Shown here: positions 18,752 to 27,938 of the stretch, in pieces
Numbering within the stretch: position 1 is the stretch's first letter
How the letters are laid out: each line of letters starts with the position of its first letter
From: Armatimonadota bacterium
Lineage (GTDB): Bacteria; Sysuimicrobiota; Sysuimicrobiia; Sysuimicrobiales; Humicultoraceae
Length of the DNA: 60,195 bases
Assembly (NCBI GenBank): GCA_052386995.1
Contig: JBQTJP010000107.1
Location: forward strand, 1 to 60,195
Reading direction: 5' to 3'
Notes under the pieces: generated by a model
Database searches by the model: none
Told to the model about the DNA's origin: nothing
What the model saw: only the letters and a program-made list of their open reading frames with translations
Program-made: the position numbers and the translations under genes

Positions 18752-19354
18752 CTAACGGGCGCGCAGTGCTGCGTCTCCCGCGAACGTGCGGCTGACCTGG
18801 TTCCTCGTGGTCGCCACAATCATACGCACGCGGGCGATGATGCTGACGTCCGCCGGAGTAGACCCCAGTGAGGTACCGGCGGAGTCGAAGTACTCGAAGC
18901 TCAGACCGTTCGTGCCATCGGGCCGCACGACCGAGAAGGCGATCGCTTCCCCCGTCCCTCCCGGTGGGCACCCTGCACCGACGGCGTTCTCCCTCCGCGT
19001 GACGGTATCCGCGGCCGCGTCGTAATCGAAGGTGACGAGGTAGGTGGGGCCCACAGTGGAAAACGGCGCGCCTTGCGGTATCAAGAGTGTGACGGAGGTG
19101 GCGCTGGCGCACGTGACGGATTGCGCCCACCGGATCTCGTCAACGGCGGTATCGAGCGCCGCCCGTACCTGCGGCTGGGCCTGCAAAAAGTCGTTCGCCA
19201 AGCGGGCAGACCGCCCACCGATGCCAACAAAGGCGAAGATGCCCCCGATGACCAGGGCGAACATAGAGAGCGCTATCAGCAGCTCGAGGAGAGTGACGCC
19301 GCGCGGGTCGCGCAGCGCGGCCGCGGCCGATCGAGCCAGGCCGTTATTGGTCAT
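18752..19354 (-). CDS. prepilin-type minor pilin (PilW/GspJ-like)
   Basis: 200 aa. Leader ...LRDPRG|VTLLELLIALSMFALVIGGIFAFV (N-terminal cleavage/methylation domain with Glu at +5). Confidence 0.8.
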   Translation of the reverse strand: MTNNGLARSAAAALRDPRGVTLLELLIALSMFALVIGGIFAFVGIGGRSARLANDFLQAQPQVRAALDTAVDEIRWAQSVTCASATSVTLLIPQGAPFSTVGPTYLVTFDYDAAADTVTRRENAVGAGCPPGGTGEAIAFSVVRPDGTNGLSFEYFDSAGTSLGSTPADVSIIARVRMIVATTRNQVSRTFAGDAALRAR

Positions 19355-19787
19355 CGAGGACCGTTATAAGCTCGATAAACGGCGTAACGTCGGCAGGTCG
19401 AAAGATTTGCACCGACGCTGTCGTCAATGTCAGGTCGGGGTTGAGGGCGACGTTGACGGCCACCTCGAAAGGGTGGGGGGTCGGGTTCGTGACGCCGCTG
19501 TATGGTGCCGGGAGGGGCAAGGCTGTTCGGGCCAGGCTGACGAACCCCACCATGGTGTACGGATTGACGCTCGCGCGGATCTGTTCCATGACCTGCATGC
19601 CAATCGTCGTCGCCGCAGCCCGCTCGTTGGATCGGCCCGTGTGGGTCATGCTCGAGACAAACGTCTGAAGGATGAAGATTGCGACCGTGGCCAAGAGCGT
19701 GAGTGCGACGAGGAGCTCGATGAACGTAAATCCCGCATCCCAGCGGGCGTGCCTGACGTTCTCTGCGCGCCGCGGTGTAGCAATCAT
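19344..19787 (-). CDS. prepilin-type minor pilin (PilV/GspI-like)
   Basis: 147 aa. ...HARWDAG|FTFIELLVALTLLATVAIFILQTF. First gene of the four-gene pilin operon; it overlaps the next gene by 11 nt. Confidence 0.8.
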   Translation of the reverse strand: MIATPRRAENVRHARWDAGFTFIELLVALTLLATVAIFILQTFVSSMTHTGRSNERAAATTIGMQVMEQIRASVNPYTMVGFVSLARTALPLPAPYSGVTNPTPHPFEVAVNVALNPDLTLTTASVQIFRPADVTPFIELITVLDDQ

Positions 19788-20054
19788 CCCGGCTTCCCCC
19801 GAGGAGAACCAGCGGGCGCTCGAAGCCCGGGCTTCGGCAACCCGGCTGACTGGACACGGCCAGCCCCGTGGCTTCGCGGACCGTCCTCGCGGACGGGGTG
19901 CCCTTTCGGCTCTCCGGATTCGCTTCGCGGTCCTGGGCGTACTAACTCAACTAGGTTCTGCCCCAGTTTTCTGCAGTCTAGACATCTCGGGGCCGCGGGT
20001 GGGTCGCTCCGGAACTCCGGGCTGAACGTGGAGGCGGAAGGGGGGTCGGGGGCG

Positions 20055-20600
20055 GTGAAGAAGAGCCTAGAAGCCACACAGGTGGCGATCCGTCCCCTGC
20101 GGACAGCCGACATCAAGGCCTGCGCGGACATTGTTGGAAGCGATCCGCTGTGGCGGCGATACGGGACGACGGTGGCCCGCGCCAGACGGGCGTTTCGCCT
20201 GGCGCTGGCAACGCGCCGAAGAGGCGGGGAGCGAGGGCGGGCCGCAGACAAACTCGCTGTTGCCCGGCAGGGGAAGCAGGTCCTCGGCTTCATCTGGTTC
20301 CGTCTGGAGGGAACGTTCCATCACAGCGGCTACGTACGATGGATTGCAGTTTCGCCGCACGCACGAGCCCGCGGCGTCGGGCGGCGGCTGATGCGGTACG
20401 CGGAGGACCGGATCTTCAGGAAAGGACCAAACGTTTTCCTGCTGGTTTCAGCCTTCAATCGAGGAGCACAGGCATTCTACAGACGGTTAGGATATGCTCA
20501 GGTGGGGGCGATTCCCGACTACCTCGTGCCGGGGATCACGGAACGCCTCTTCCGGAAGACTCGAAGACCGATCACTACTCAAAGGGGGAGAGCGCAGTGA
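20055..20600 (+). CDS. GNAT-family N-acetyltransferase
   Basis: VKKSLEATQVAIRPLRTADI...YVRWIAVSPHARARGVGRRLMRYAE...AFYRRLGY (acetyl-CoA motif A). Only the last third of the 518-aa track ORF is coding. GTG 20028 is an alternative start. Confidence 0.8.
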   Translation: MKKSLEATQVAIRPLRTADIKACADIVGSDPLWRRYGTTVARARRAFRLALATRRRGGERGRAADKLAVARQGKQVLGFIWFRLEGTFHHSGYVRWIAVSPHARARGVGRRLMRYAEDRIFRKGPNVFLLVSAFNRGAQAFYRRLGYAQVGAIPDYLVPGITERLFRKTRRPITTQRGRAQ

Positions 20601-22111
20601 GAAGACGCTGGTGGTTGTGGCTGGTGGTGGTGGCGCTGGTTCTGCCCGCCCTGCCGGTGCGGGCCGGCCCAGCCGGGGTGACGTTTACGATCGGCGTGGA
20701 CCAGGAGGTTGTGGGACTCGATCCCAACCTGGTGACCGCATTCTCCTCGTTCCGCCGGTTGGACTTCCTATATAACAAGCTGGTCCGGTATAACGACAAA
20801 CTCGAAATCGAACCCGATCTCGCCGAGTCGTGGGAATTCCCCGATCCCCGCACCGTCGTGTTCCGGCTGCGCCGCGGGGTGCGCTTCCACAGCGGCGCGG
20901 AGATGACTTCCGAGGACGTGAAGTTCACCCTTGAGCGCGTGCTCGATCCCGCCACGCGCTCGCCTGGCCGATCCTTCATCGATGTCATCACCGCGATCGA
21001 GACCCCCGATCGGTACACCGTGCGCGCGAGGATGCAGTTCCCGCTGGCTTCGCTGCTCTCGGGCCTCTCGTCGGCCAACCTCTCGATCGTCGAGAAGGCG
21101 GCCGTGCAGCGGTTCGGCAACCTGCAGCGCAACGTCGCCGGCACCGGGCCGTTCATGATGGCCGAATGGGTGCCCGACAACTTCATGCGTCTCGTGAAGC
21201 ACCCGAACTACTTCCGGCAGGGCATGCCGCGCTTCGACACGCTGATCATCCGGGTCATCCCCGATCAGGCGTCGCTGCTGGCCGGAGTTCGCACGCGATC
21301 GTTCGATATGGCCACAATCAATCAGGGTTCCGTCATTACCGCGGCGCGCCGCGAGGCGGGGATTGTGGTCATGCAGAAGGCGGGGCTCAACCTGCGTATC
21401 TTCGCCTTCAATACCACCCGGCCGCCGTACAACGACCCGAGGGTGCGGTACGCGTTCTCGTTTGCCATCGACCGGAGCGCGATCGTGAACACGGCGGAGT
21501 TTGGATACGCGACGATCTCCGGGCCGATCTCCGCCTCCACGCCCTGGGCGACCCCGACGGGGCAGTTCCCATCGTACAGGCAGAACCTCGAGCGGGCGCG
21601 CCAGTTGCTCGCCGAAGCCGGCCATCCCAGGGGCTTCACCACACGCATCGTGACTTCGCCGACCTATGAAGGGGGCATCGCGGTCGCGCAGGTGATCCAG
21701 GAGCAGCTGCGGGCGATCGGCGTCAACGCGACGCTCGAAAACATCGAGTGGGGGACCTACATCAACCGGTGGGTGGCCCGCGACTTCGATACGATGATCG
21801 AATTGCGCGGCGGTGACCCCGATCCCGATCGATTCCTCTATCGCACGTTCCACAGCACCGGCGCGGTGAACAACTTCCTCTTCAAGGACGGTACCATCGA
21901 CCGGCTGCTGGAGCGGGGGCGGGTGAATCTCGATCCCGACCGTCGCCGGCCCATCTACGATGAGCTTCAGAAGGCCCTGATCGAGGCGGCCCCGGCGCTC
22001 TTCCTCTACGTGCCGATGGAGACCCAGGTGGTCCAGGGCTACGTGCGCGGCTTCAGGATCATCGGCAACGGCGCGCTCTACTTCCTGGAAGAGGCGAGCG
22101 TCGAGCGCTAA
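20597..22111 (+). CDS. ABC transporter substrate-binding protein, family 5 (Opp/Dpp/Nik type)
   Basis: The GTG start overlaps the GNAT stop (GTGA) and follows an AAAGGGGGAG SD. Signal peptide RRRWWLWLVVVALVLPALPVRAG. Contains LAESWEFPDPRTVVFRLRRGVRFHSG..TSEDVKFTLERVLDP. Confidence 0.9.
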   Translation: MRRRWWLWLVVVALVLPALPVRAGPAGVTFTIGVDQEVVGLDPNLVTAFSSFRRLDFLYNKLVRYNDKLEIEPDLAESWEFPDPRTVVFRLRRGVRFHSGAEMTSEDVKFTLERVLDPATRSPGRSFIDVITAIETPDRYTVRARMQFPLASLLSGLSSANLSIVEKAAVQRFGNLQRNVAGTGPFMMAEWVPDNFMRLVKHPNYFRQGMPRFDTLIIRVIPDQASLLAGVRTRSFDMATINQGSVITAARREAGIVVMQKAGLNLRIFAFNTTRPPYNDPRVRYAFSFAIDRSAIVNTAEFGYATISGPISASTPWATPTGQFPSYRQNLERARQLLAEAGHPRGFTTRIVTSPTYEGGIAVAQVIQEQLRAIGVNATLENIEWGTYINRWVARDFDTMIELRGGDPDPDRFLYRTFHSTGAVNNFLFKDGTIDRLLERGRVNLDPDRRRPIYDELQKALIEAAPALFLYVPMETQVVQGYVRGFRIIGNGALYFLEEASVER

Positions 22112-22131
22112 TCAGTTGTCTTTGAGCCTTG

Positions 22132-22174
22132 CCGATCCCAGGGCGGAGTTTATCTCCGCCCTGACAGGATCGGA
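22132..22174 (+). promoter_or_regulatory. intercistronic stem-loop between the binding-protein and permease genes
   Basis: ccgatcc-CAGGGCGGAG-tttat-CTCCGCCCTG-aca-ggatcgg: a perfect 10-bp inner stem plus a 7-bp outer stem. There is no U-tract, so it is more likely an mRNA-stability or partial-attenuation element than a full terminator. Confidence 0.55.
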
Positions 22175-22194
22175 TTAGTAAATTAAGCTGACCC

Positions 22195-23142
22195 GTGCAG
22201 CGGTTTCTGGCGGCGCGCCTCCTCGCGCTCATCCCCGTTCTGCTTGGCATTCTGGCCGTCGTCTTTCTCCTGATTCGCCTGATCCCGGGCGATGCCGTGC
22301 AGCTCTTCCTTGGCACCCAGGTCGAGATGACCCCGGAGCAGATGGCCGAGCTCCGGCGGTTCTTCGGCGTGGATAAACCAATCCCGGCGCAATTCGTCGA
22401 TTATCTGGGTCGCATCATCCGCGGCGATCTGGGGGTGTCGCTGCGGACGTCGCGGCCCGTGCTCGGCGACATCCTGCAGCGCCTGCCGCTGTCGTTCCAG
22501 CTGGCGACGCTCGCATTGCTCGTCGCGATGCTGATCGCGTTGCCGCTGGGCATTGCGTCCGCGGTGACGCGCAACTCGGCGCTCGACGTGTTCGCGCGGA
22601 TCGGCGGGCTCCTCGGCCTGTCCATGCCAAACTTCTGGTTGGGGGCGATGCTGATCCTGATCTTCTCCCGCTACCTGCACGTGTCACTGGGCCAGTATGT
22701 GCCGATCACGCAGAACCCACTAGGGACGCTGCAGAGCCTCTACCTGCCGGCCGTGGCTCTGGGCGCAGCCATCGCGGCCATCCTGATGCGCTACATCCGG
22801 TCATCGCTGCTGGAGGTGCTGGGACAGGAGTACATTCGCACCGCGCGCGGCAAAGGGCTGCGGGACGTGGTCGTGATGCTCCGGCACGCGGTGCCCAACG
22901 CCCTCATTCCCGTCATCACCGTGCTCGGCTTTCAGATGGGCTATTTGCTCGGAGGGACCGTGGTCATCGAGGAGATCTTTGCGCTGCCCGGAATGGGCCG
23001 GCTCGCCCTGCAGGCGATCTTTCAGCGGGACTACCCGGTCGTGCAGGGCGTCGTGCTGATCATCGCGCTGCTGTTCGTCCTGACCAACCTGGTGGTGGAT
23101 CTGCTCTATGCCTGGATCGACCCGCGCATCCGTTACTCCTGA
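22195..23142 (+). CDS. ABC transporter permease (DppB/OppB type)
   Basis: 315 aa. MQRFLAARLLALIPVLLGILAVVFLLIRLIPGD..., EAA-loop region YIRTARGKGL, and a C-terminus of DPRIRYS. Confidence 0.92.
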   Translation: MQRFLAARLLALIPVLLGILAVVFLLIRLIPGDAVQLFLGTQVEMTPEQMAELRRFFGVDKPIPAQFVDYLGRIIRGDLGVSLRTSRPVLGDILQRLPLSFQLATLALLVAMLIALPLGIASAVTRNSALDVFARIGGLLGLSMPNFWLGAMLILIFSRYLHVSLGQYVPITQNPLGTLQSLYLPAVALGAAIAAILMRYIRSSLLEVLGQEYIRTARGKGLRDVVVMLRHAVPNALIPVITVLGFQMGYLLGGTVVIEEIFALPGMGRLALQAIFQRDYPVVQGVVLIIALLFVLTNLVVDLLYAWIDPRIRYS

Positions 23143-24001
23143 GCCGCCGGAGCCGCCGCGGCAGCGCGCGGGCTGGCGCTGGTGGGCGCGCCGGTTCGTG
23201 CGCAACCGCGTGGCGCCGATCGGTCTCGTGATCATCGCGGGCAGTATCATCGTCGCCGCGCTTGCGCCGGCCATCGTTCCGCACGACATCAGGAAGATGA
23301 GTCCTCAGCAGGCCCTCGTCCCGCCGGGCGGCGCCTACCTCTTTGGTACGGACGAGTTCGGGCGCGATGTCTTCAGCCGCGTCATCGTGGGGTCGCGGAT
23401 CTCGCTGGTCGTCGCGTTTCTGTCGGTGCTCGCCGCGCTCTCGCTGGGTACGACGGTGGGCCTGGCCGCCGGCTACTACGGCGGCTGGTGGGACGGTCTC
23501 TCGATGCGCGCCATGGACATCGTCTTCGCCTTTCCCGCCATCCTGCTGGCGATCGCCATCATGGCCGTTCTTGGGACCAGCCTGTTCAATCTGGTGATTG
23601 CCATCGGGATCGTCTACACGCCCCAGTTTGCGCGCGTGGCGCGCGCCGCGGCGCTGGGGGTCCGATCGCTGGAGTTTGTCGATGCCGCGAGGGCGCTGGG
23701 AATGGACAATCTGCGGATCGTAGGGCGGCACATCATCCCCAACGTGCTGGCGCCGATCATCGTCCAGGTATCGCTCAGCCTGTCGCTGGCCATCCTCTCG
23801 GAATCGGCGCTCTCGTTTCTGGGTCTCGGCACGCAGCCGCCCACGCCGTCGTGGGGCAACATGCTGAGCGAGGGACGCCAGTTTCTCGAGCTCGCGCCGT
23901 GGAACGCGGTGTTCCCCGGTCTGGCGATCATGGTTGTGGTTCTGGGATTCAATCTGCTCGGGGACGGCCTGCGCGATCTGCTCGATCCGAGGCTGCGGTA
24001 A
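23108..24001 (+). CDS. ABC transporter permease (DppC/OppC type)
   Basis: 297 aa. WARRFVRNRVAPIGLVII..., LFGTDEFGRDVFSRV, FVDAARALG. The start overlaps the upstream permease gene by 35 nt, exactly as in the paralogous operon at 26931-26965. Confidence 0.9.
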   Translation: MPGSTRASVTPEPPEPPRQRAGWRWWARRFVRNRVAPIGLVIIAGSIIVAALAPAIVPHDIRKMSPQQALVPPGGAYLFGTDEFGRDVFSRVIVGSRISLVVAFLSVLAALSLGTTVGLAAGYYGGWWDGLSMRAMDIVFAFPAILLAIAIMAVLGTSLFNLVIAIGIVYTPQFARVARAAALGVRSLEFVDAARALGMDNLRIVGRHIIPNVLAPIIVQVSLSLSLAILSESALSFLGLGTQPPTPSWGNMLSEGRQFLELAPWNAVFPGLAIMVVVLGFNLLGDGLRDLLDPRLR

Positions 24002-26018
24002 GCACCGATGGCCGCGCCGCGTCACGCACCACGCCATCCGCCGCCTCAGGCTCTGGAGTATACTCCAACCACCGCTGCAGCGCAGTCTCGATCTTGCGGA
24101 GAGCATCGCGCCACGTTGCCCGCTGCGTAAACAGGTGCGTTTCGTCGGGGTAGTAGTGCGTCTCAAAGCGCTTCCCGTGGCTCAGGCAATCCTTGACGAT
24201 GATGTCAAGCTGGTCAAAAGGCACGGCCTCATCCTTGGTCCCGTGAAGGTTTACCAGCGGCGCCCGCATCCCGGCCACCAGACGCCGCGGTGACGCGTCG
24301 TCCCAGACACCCGGCGACTGGTCCCGCGTGCCGCGCGCGCGTCCCAGGAAATAATCGTACGCTGGTCTGAAGGCGCCGTGGGCCCAAGCCATCCAGCGAT
24401 CGAAGTCCCAAATGCCGGCGATGTTGATGCCCAGCGCGAACGTCTGCGGTGAACGGACGAGCGACGCCAGGGTGAGCCAGCCGCCGTAACTGAGGCCCCA
24501 CGCGCCGACGCGCTTTGGATCCACGAACGGCTGCGACTTCAACCATTCGCCGGCGTACACGCAATCCTCGCACTCCAGGGTCGCCAGGCCCCCGGAATTT
24601 CCCTGCTCAAACGTCTTGCCGTAGCCGATCCCGCCGCGGTAGTTCACGAGCAGTGACACCACACCCCGTTCGGCGAGCCACAGTGAGACCGCGTAGAAGA
24701 ACGCGTAGGCTTCCAGCGGAGGGAAGCCATCGCGCATCTGCCGCATCCCGCCACCGTGAATGTAGACGAGGGCCGGGTAGCGCTGGCCCGGCGCGAGGTC
24801 CGGCGGAGTCAACAGGTAGCCCGGAATCTCCCACCCCAGCGCGCCTGGGGTCTTCACGAACTGGGGAGTGGCCAGACGCGCACCATCGACGGTCACCGGC
24901 ATCGAACGGGTGAGGCGCCGACGATTGCGGCCGTCGCGATCGACGACCCAGAGTTCGGGCGCGTGGGTCCTCGTGCTGTGCTTGAAGGCGATCATCGAGC
25001 CGTGCGGAGACCACGCAGCCTCTACGCTGGTGCCATCCGCGGCGACAACAGGCCGCAGCGTGCCGGTTTCCAAGTCCACGCTGAAGAGGTGCCGCATGCC
25101 CAGGTCGAGGCGGTTGGTCGAGAAGATCACTTCACGGCCGTCAGGACTGATGCGCGGAGAGTCGTAGGCATGGCCCACATCCTCGCCGCTGCCGCCGGTG
25201 AGCGCGCGCAGGTCGCCGGTGTCGGTGTCGATCAGATAGAGGTGCCACCAGCCTTCATGGCGGAGCACGAGCACCGCACGCCGGCCATCGGGATGCGGTT
25301 GGGGAGCGAACGAGGCTCCGAGACCGTCGGGCTCGTCCTCCCTGTGCAGGAGCCGTAGCGCGCCGGTGCGCACGTCGAGGACATGCCACTCGCGTACAGT
25401 GTAAGAAACCGAGGGGCGCGCGAAGAGCAGGCTGCCGGGGCTCAGCCACGCGAATGGCCCTTCGAGATTCTCGGTGCGCGAGTGCCACACCAGCTCACCG
25501 GCCGGCGTGGCCACGGCCAGATCCCACCACTCGTTCTCGACATGCGTCGCTGCAACCAGCGAGCCGTCCGGCGCCCAGGCGAGAGCGGGCTGATGATCCA
25601 GCGCGGCGGCCCGGCCGGGTAGTCGTACCTCGTGGAGCGATGCGTCTTGCAGGTCCACAGTCCACAGGCGTCCGCCCGCGGAAAACGCCAGCAAGCGTCC
25701 CTTTGGCGACCAGTGGACGGCCGTGGCGGGTTGCCTGCTGTCGTACACTACGTGGCGGGTTCCCCCGGCCGCAATCACAATGCGGCCGCCTTGGATGAAT
25801 GCGAGCCGGCCATCGGGCGCCCACGAGAATGCCGTCACGGGATCATCGCCGCTCGAGATTTCTGCCGTCTCGCCGGAGTCGACCTCAACGGCGCGCAGGG
25901 AAAACCGGCCGCCGTCGTCGTGGATCAAGCCGATGCGGCGGCCGTCCGGCGCCCAGGCATGCCCGGAGATGTAGGTGATGGCCAGGACATCGTCGAGCGT
26001 CATGGCCGGCCTCTTCAT
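23949..26018 (-). CDS. S9-family serine peptidase (prolyl oligopeptidase / acylaminoacyl-peptidase type) with N-terminal beta-propeller
   Basis: ATG 26018 has a GGAGG SD (spacing 5). WAPDG-type repeats form the propeller. The C-terminal alpha/beta hydrolase carries GAWGLSYGGWL (nucleophile), HGTKDEAVP and DETH. No signal peptide. The 3' tail overlaps the convergent permease gene by 53 nt. Confidence 0.88.
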   Translation of the reverse strand: MKRPAMTLDDVLAITYISGHAWAPDGRRIGLIHDDGGRFSLRAVEVDSGETAEISSGDDPVTAFSWAPDGRLAFIQGGRIVIAAGGTRHVVYDSRQPATAVHWSPKGRLLAFSAGGRLWTVDLQDASLHEVRLPGRAAALDHQPALAWAPDGSLVAATHVENEWWDLAVATPAGELVWHSRTENLEGPFAWLSPGSLLFARPSVSYTVREWHVLDVRTGALRLLHREDEPDGLGASFAPQPHPDGRRAVLVLRHEGWWHLYLIDTDTGDLRALTGGSGEDVGHAYDSPRISPDGREVIFSTNRLDLGMRHLFSVDLETGTLRPVVAADGTSVEAAWSPHGSMIAFKHSTRTHAPELWVVDRDGRNRRRLTRSMPVTVDGARLATPQFVKTPGALGWEIPGYLLTPPDLAPGQRYPALVYIHGGGMRQMRDGFPPLEAYAFFYAVSLWLAERGVVSLLVNYRGGIGYGKTFEQGNSGGLATLECEDCVYAGEWLKSQPFVDPKRVGAWGLSYGGWLTLASLVRSPQTFALGINIAGIWDFDRWMAWAHGAFRPAYDYFLGRARGTRDQSPGVWDDASPRRLVAGMRAPLVNLHGTKDEAVPFDQLDIIVKDCLSHGKRFETHYYPDETHLFTQRATWRDALRKIETALQRWLEYTPEPEAADGVVRDAARPSVLTAASDRADRAGRPRAD

Positions 26019-26056
26019 CTCAGCCTCCACTCAGGCTCCATCTGTCCGCGTTGATC

Positions 26057-26965
26057 TCACAAGCGCGGGTCGAGCGCATCGCGAAGCCCGTCACCCAGGA
26101 AATTGAACCCCAGCACCGTCAGCATGATGGCCAGCCCCGGGAAGGTCGAGATGTGCGGAGCCGTCCGCAGGAAGCCCCGCCCTTCATTCAACATCCCGCC
26201 CCACGACGGAGTCGGTGGCTGCACGCCGAGTCCAAGGAACGAGAGCGCCGCCTCGGCGATGATCGCGGTCGCCATGCCCACGGTGGCGAGCACGATGATC
26301 GGTGCCAATGTGTTGGGCAGGATGTGGCGCACAATGATGCGGGCGTCGTTCGTACCGAGGGCGCGCGCCGCGTGCACGAAGTCCAGCTCACGGACGACCA
26401 GGACCTGTCCGCGGACCACCCTCGCGTAGGTCGTCCAGGCGACCAGGCCCAGCGCGATCATGACGTTCACCAGGCTCGGCCCCAGCGCTGCGATGATGGC
26501 GATGGCGAGCACGATGACCGGAAAGGCCAGGAAGACGTCCACGATACGCATGAGCACGCTGTCGATCACGCCTCCACGGTACCCGGCGACCAGGCCGACG
26601 GTTGTGCCCAACGTGGCGGCGATGCCGACGGCGACGGCGCCGACCTGCAGCGAGATCCGCGTGCCGTAGATCAGCCGTGCTACGATGTCACGTCCAACGG
26701 CATCGGTGCCCAGGATGTGCCCGCCCGTCCCCGGCGGCGCCGCGGGATGCGCGTAGTCGATCGCCAGCGGGTCGGCCGGTGAGACGAACGGCGCGAAGAT
26801 CGCCAGCAGGATGATGATGGCGATGATGGCGAGCCCCAGCATCGCCAGGCGATGCCGGCGCAGCCGCCGCCAGGCCGCGACCCAATACCTTTCATGCGGT
26901 GCCGCGAGAACCGGGGCCGCGCGAGAGGCCTCAAGCGTAGCGGATGCGCGGATCGATGAACGCAT
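26057..26965 (-). CDS. ABC transporter permease (DppC/OppC type), second module
   Basis: 302 aa. WRRLRRHRLAMLGLAIIAII..., ILGTDAVGRDIVARL, FVHAARALG. Paralogue of 23108-24001. Confidence 0.9.
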   Translation of the reverse strand: MRSSIRASATLEASRAAPVLAAPHERYWVAAWRRLRRHRLAMLGLAIIAIIILLAIFAPFVSPADPLAIDYAHPAAPPGTGGHILGTDAVGRDIVARLIYGTRISLQVGAVAVGIAATLGTTVGLVAGYRGGVIDSVLMRIVDVFLAFPVIVLAIAIIAALGPSLVNVMIALGLVAWTTYARVVRGQVLVVRELDFVHAARALGTNDARIIVRHILPNTLAPIIVLATVGMATAIIAEAALSFLGLGVQPPTPSWGGMLNEGRGFLRTAPHISTFPGLAIMLTVLGFNFLGDGLRDALDPRL

Positions 26966-27917
26966 AGAGGACGTCTACGGCCAGATTCGCACAGATGCGC
27001 ACCACGGCGATCATCAGCACGACCCCCTGAACCACCGGGAAGTCGCGTTGGACGATCGACCGGATCGCCAGCCGCCCGATGCCCGGCCAGGCGAAAATGG
27101 TCTCCGTGATGACCGCGCCGCCGAGCAGCGCCCCGAACTCCAGGCCCACGACAGTCACGACGGGGATGAGTGCGTTCCGCAGCGCGTGATGAAACACGAC
27201 CCTCCGGGCATGCAGGCCTTTGGCGCGCGCGGTGCGCACGAAGTCCTGGCCGATGATCTCCAGCATACTGCTGCGGGTCAGGCGCGTGCCCACCGCGGCC
27301 AGCGCGGCTCCCAGCGTGACGGCCGGCAGGATGATGTGCGTCACGGCCGCGCTCAGGCGCGCCGCGCTGCCGGTGCTGAGCAAGGTCCACACGCTCGCCA
27401 GCAGCGGTTCCTCGCGACCCGACGCCGGCAGCCAACCCAGGCGCAGCGCGAACAGAAAGATGAGCATCACACCCAGCCAGAAATTGGGCATCGAGATGCC
27501 GAGCAGCGCCACCACGGTGCCGGCGGTGTCGAGGAGGGAGTACTTTCGTATGGCCGAAATGACGCCGACCGGGATGGCAATGGCGAGCGAGACCGTCATC
27601 GCGGCGAGGGTGAGCTCCACCGTCGCCGGCAGGCGTTCCCAGATCAGGCGGCTGACCGGCTCGTCGGAGCCGAGAGACCTCCCGAGGTCCCCGCGGACAA
27701 GCCGGCCCAGGAACTTCACGTATTGGACGTGGATACCCTGATCGAGGCCCAGCACGCGGCGCAGGCGTACCACCTCGTCGGGCGTGGCGTTCTCGGCGCC
27801 GATCATGATGACGACCGGATCGCCGGGGATCATCCTTAGAATAGTGAAGATGACCAGCGAGATCCCGAAGAGCAACGGGATCATCGCAAGCAGCCGGCGT
27901 GCGATGTACCGGCCCAT
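26931..27917 (-). CDS. ABC transporter permease (DppB/OppB type), second module
   Basis: 328 aa. MGRYIARRLLAMIPLLFGISLVIFTILRMIPGD..., FVRTARAKGL, and a C-terminus of DPRIRYA. Paralogue of 22195-23142. Confidence 0.92.
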   Translation of the reverse strand: MGRYIARRLLAMIPLLFGISLVIFTILRMIPGDPVVIMIGAENATPDEVVRLRRVLGLDQGIHVQYVKFLGRLVRGDLGRSLGSDEPVSRLIWERLPATVELTLAAMTVSLAIAIPVGVISAIRKYSLLDTAGTVVALLGISMPNFWLGVMLIFLFALRLGWLPASGREEPLLASVWTLLSTGSAARLSAAVTHIILPAVTLGAALAAVGTRLTRSSMLEIIGQDFVRTARAKGLHARRVVFHHALRNALIPVVTVVGLEFGALLGGAVITETIFAWPGIGRLAIRSIVQRDFPVVQGVVLMIAVVRICANLAVDVLYAFIDPRIRYA

Positions 27918-27938
27918 GGCCCCTATCGCGTGGCTCCG

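Noticed and set aside
19044-20054. Upstream two-thirds of the 518-aa ORF 19044-20600
   Set aside because: This part is antisense to two pilin genes and crosses a non-coding gap. Only the GNAT-like last ~180 codons (from GTG 20055) look coding.
19788-20054. Sigma-54 (GG-N10-GC) promoter or small RNA in the 267-nt divergent region upstream of the pilin operon
   Set aside because: I found a 14-nt palindrome (gaagcccgggcttc, 19823-19836) and an AT-richer patch. No TGGCAC-N5-TTGC-like match occurs on either strand, and no convincing structured RNA is present.
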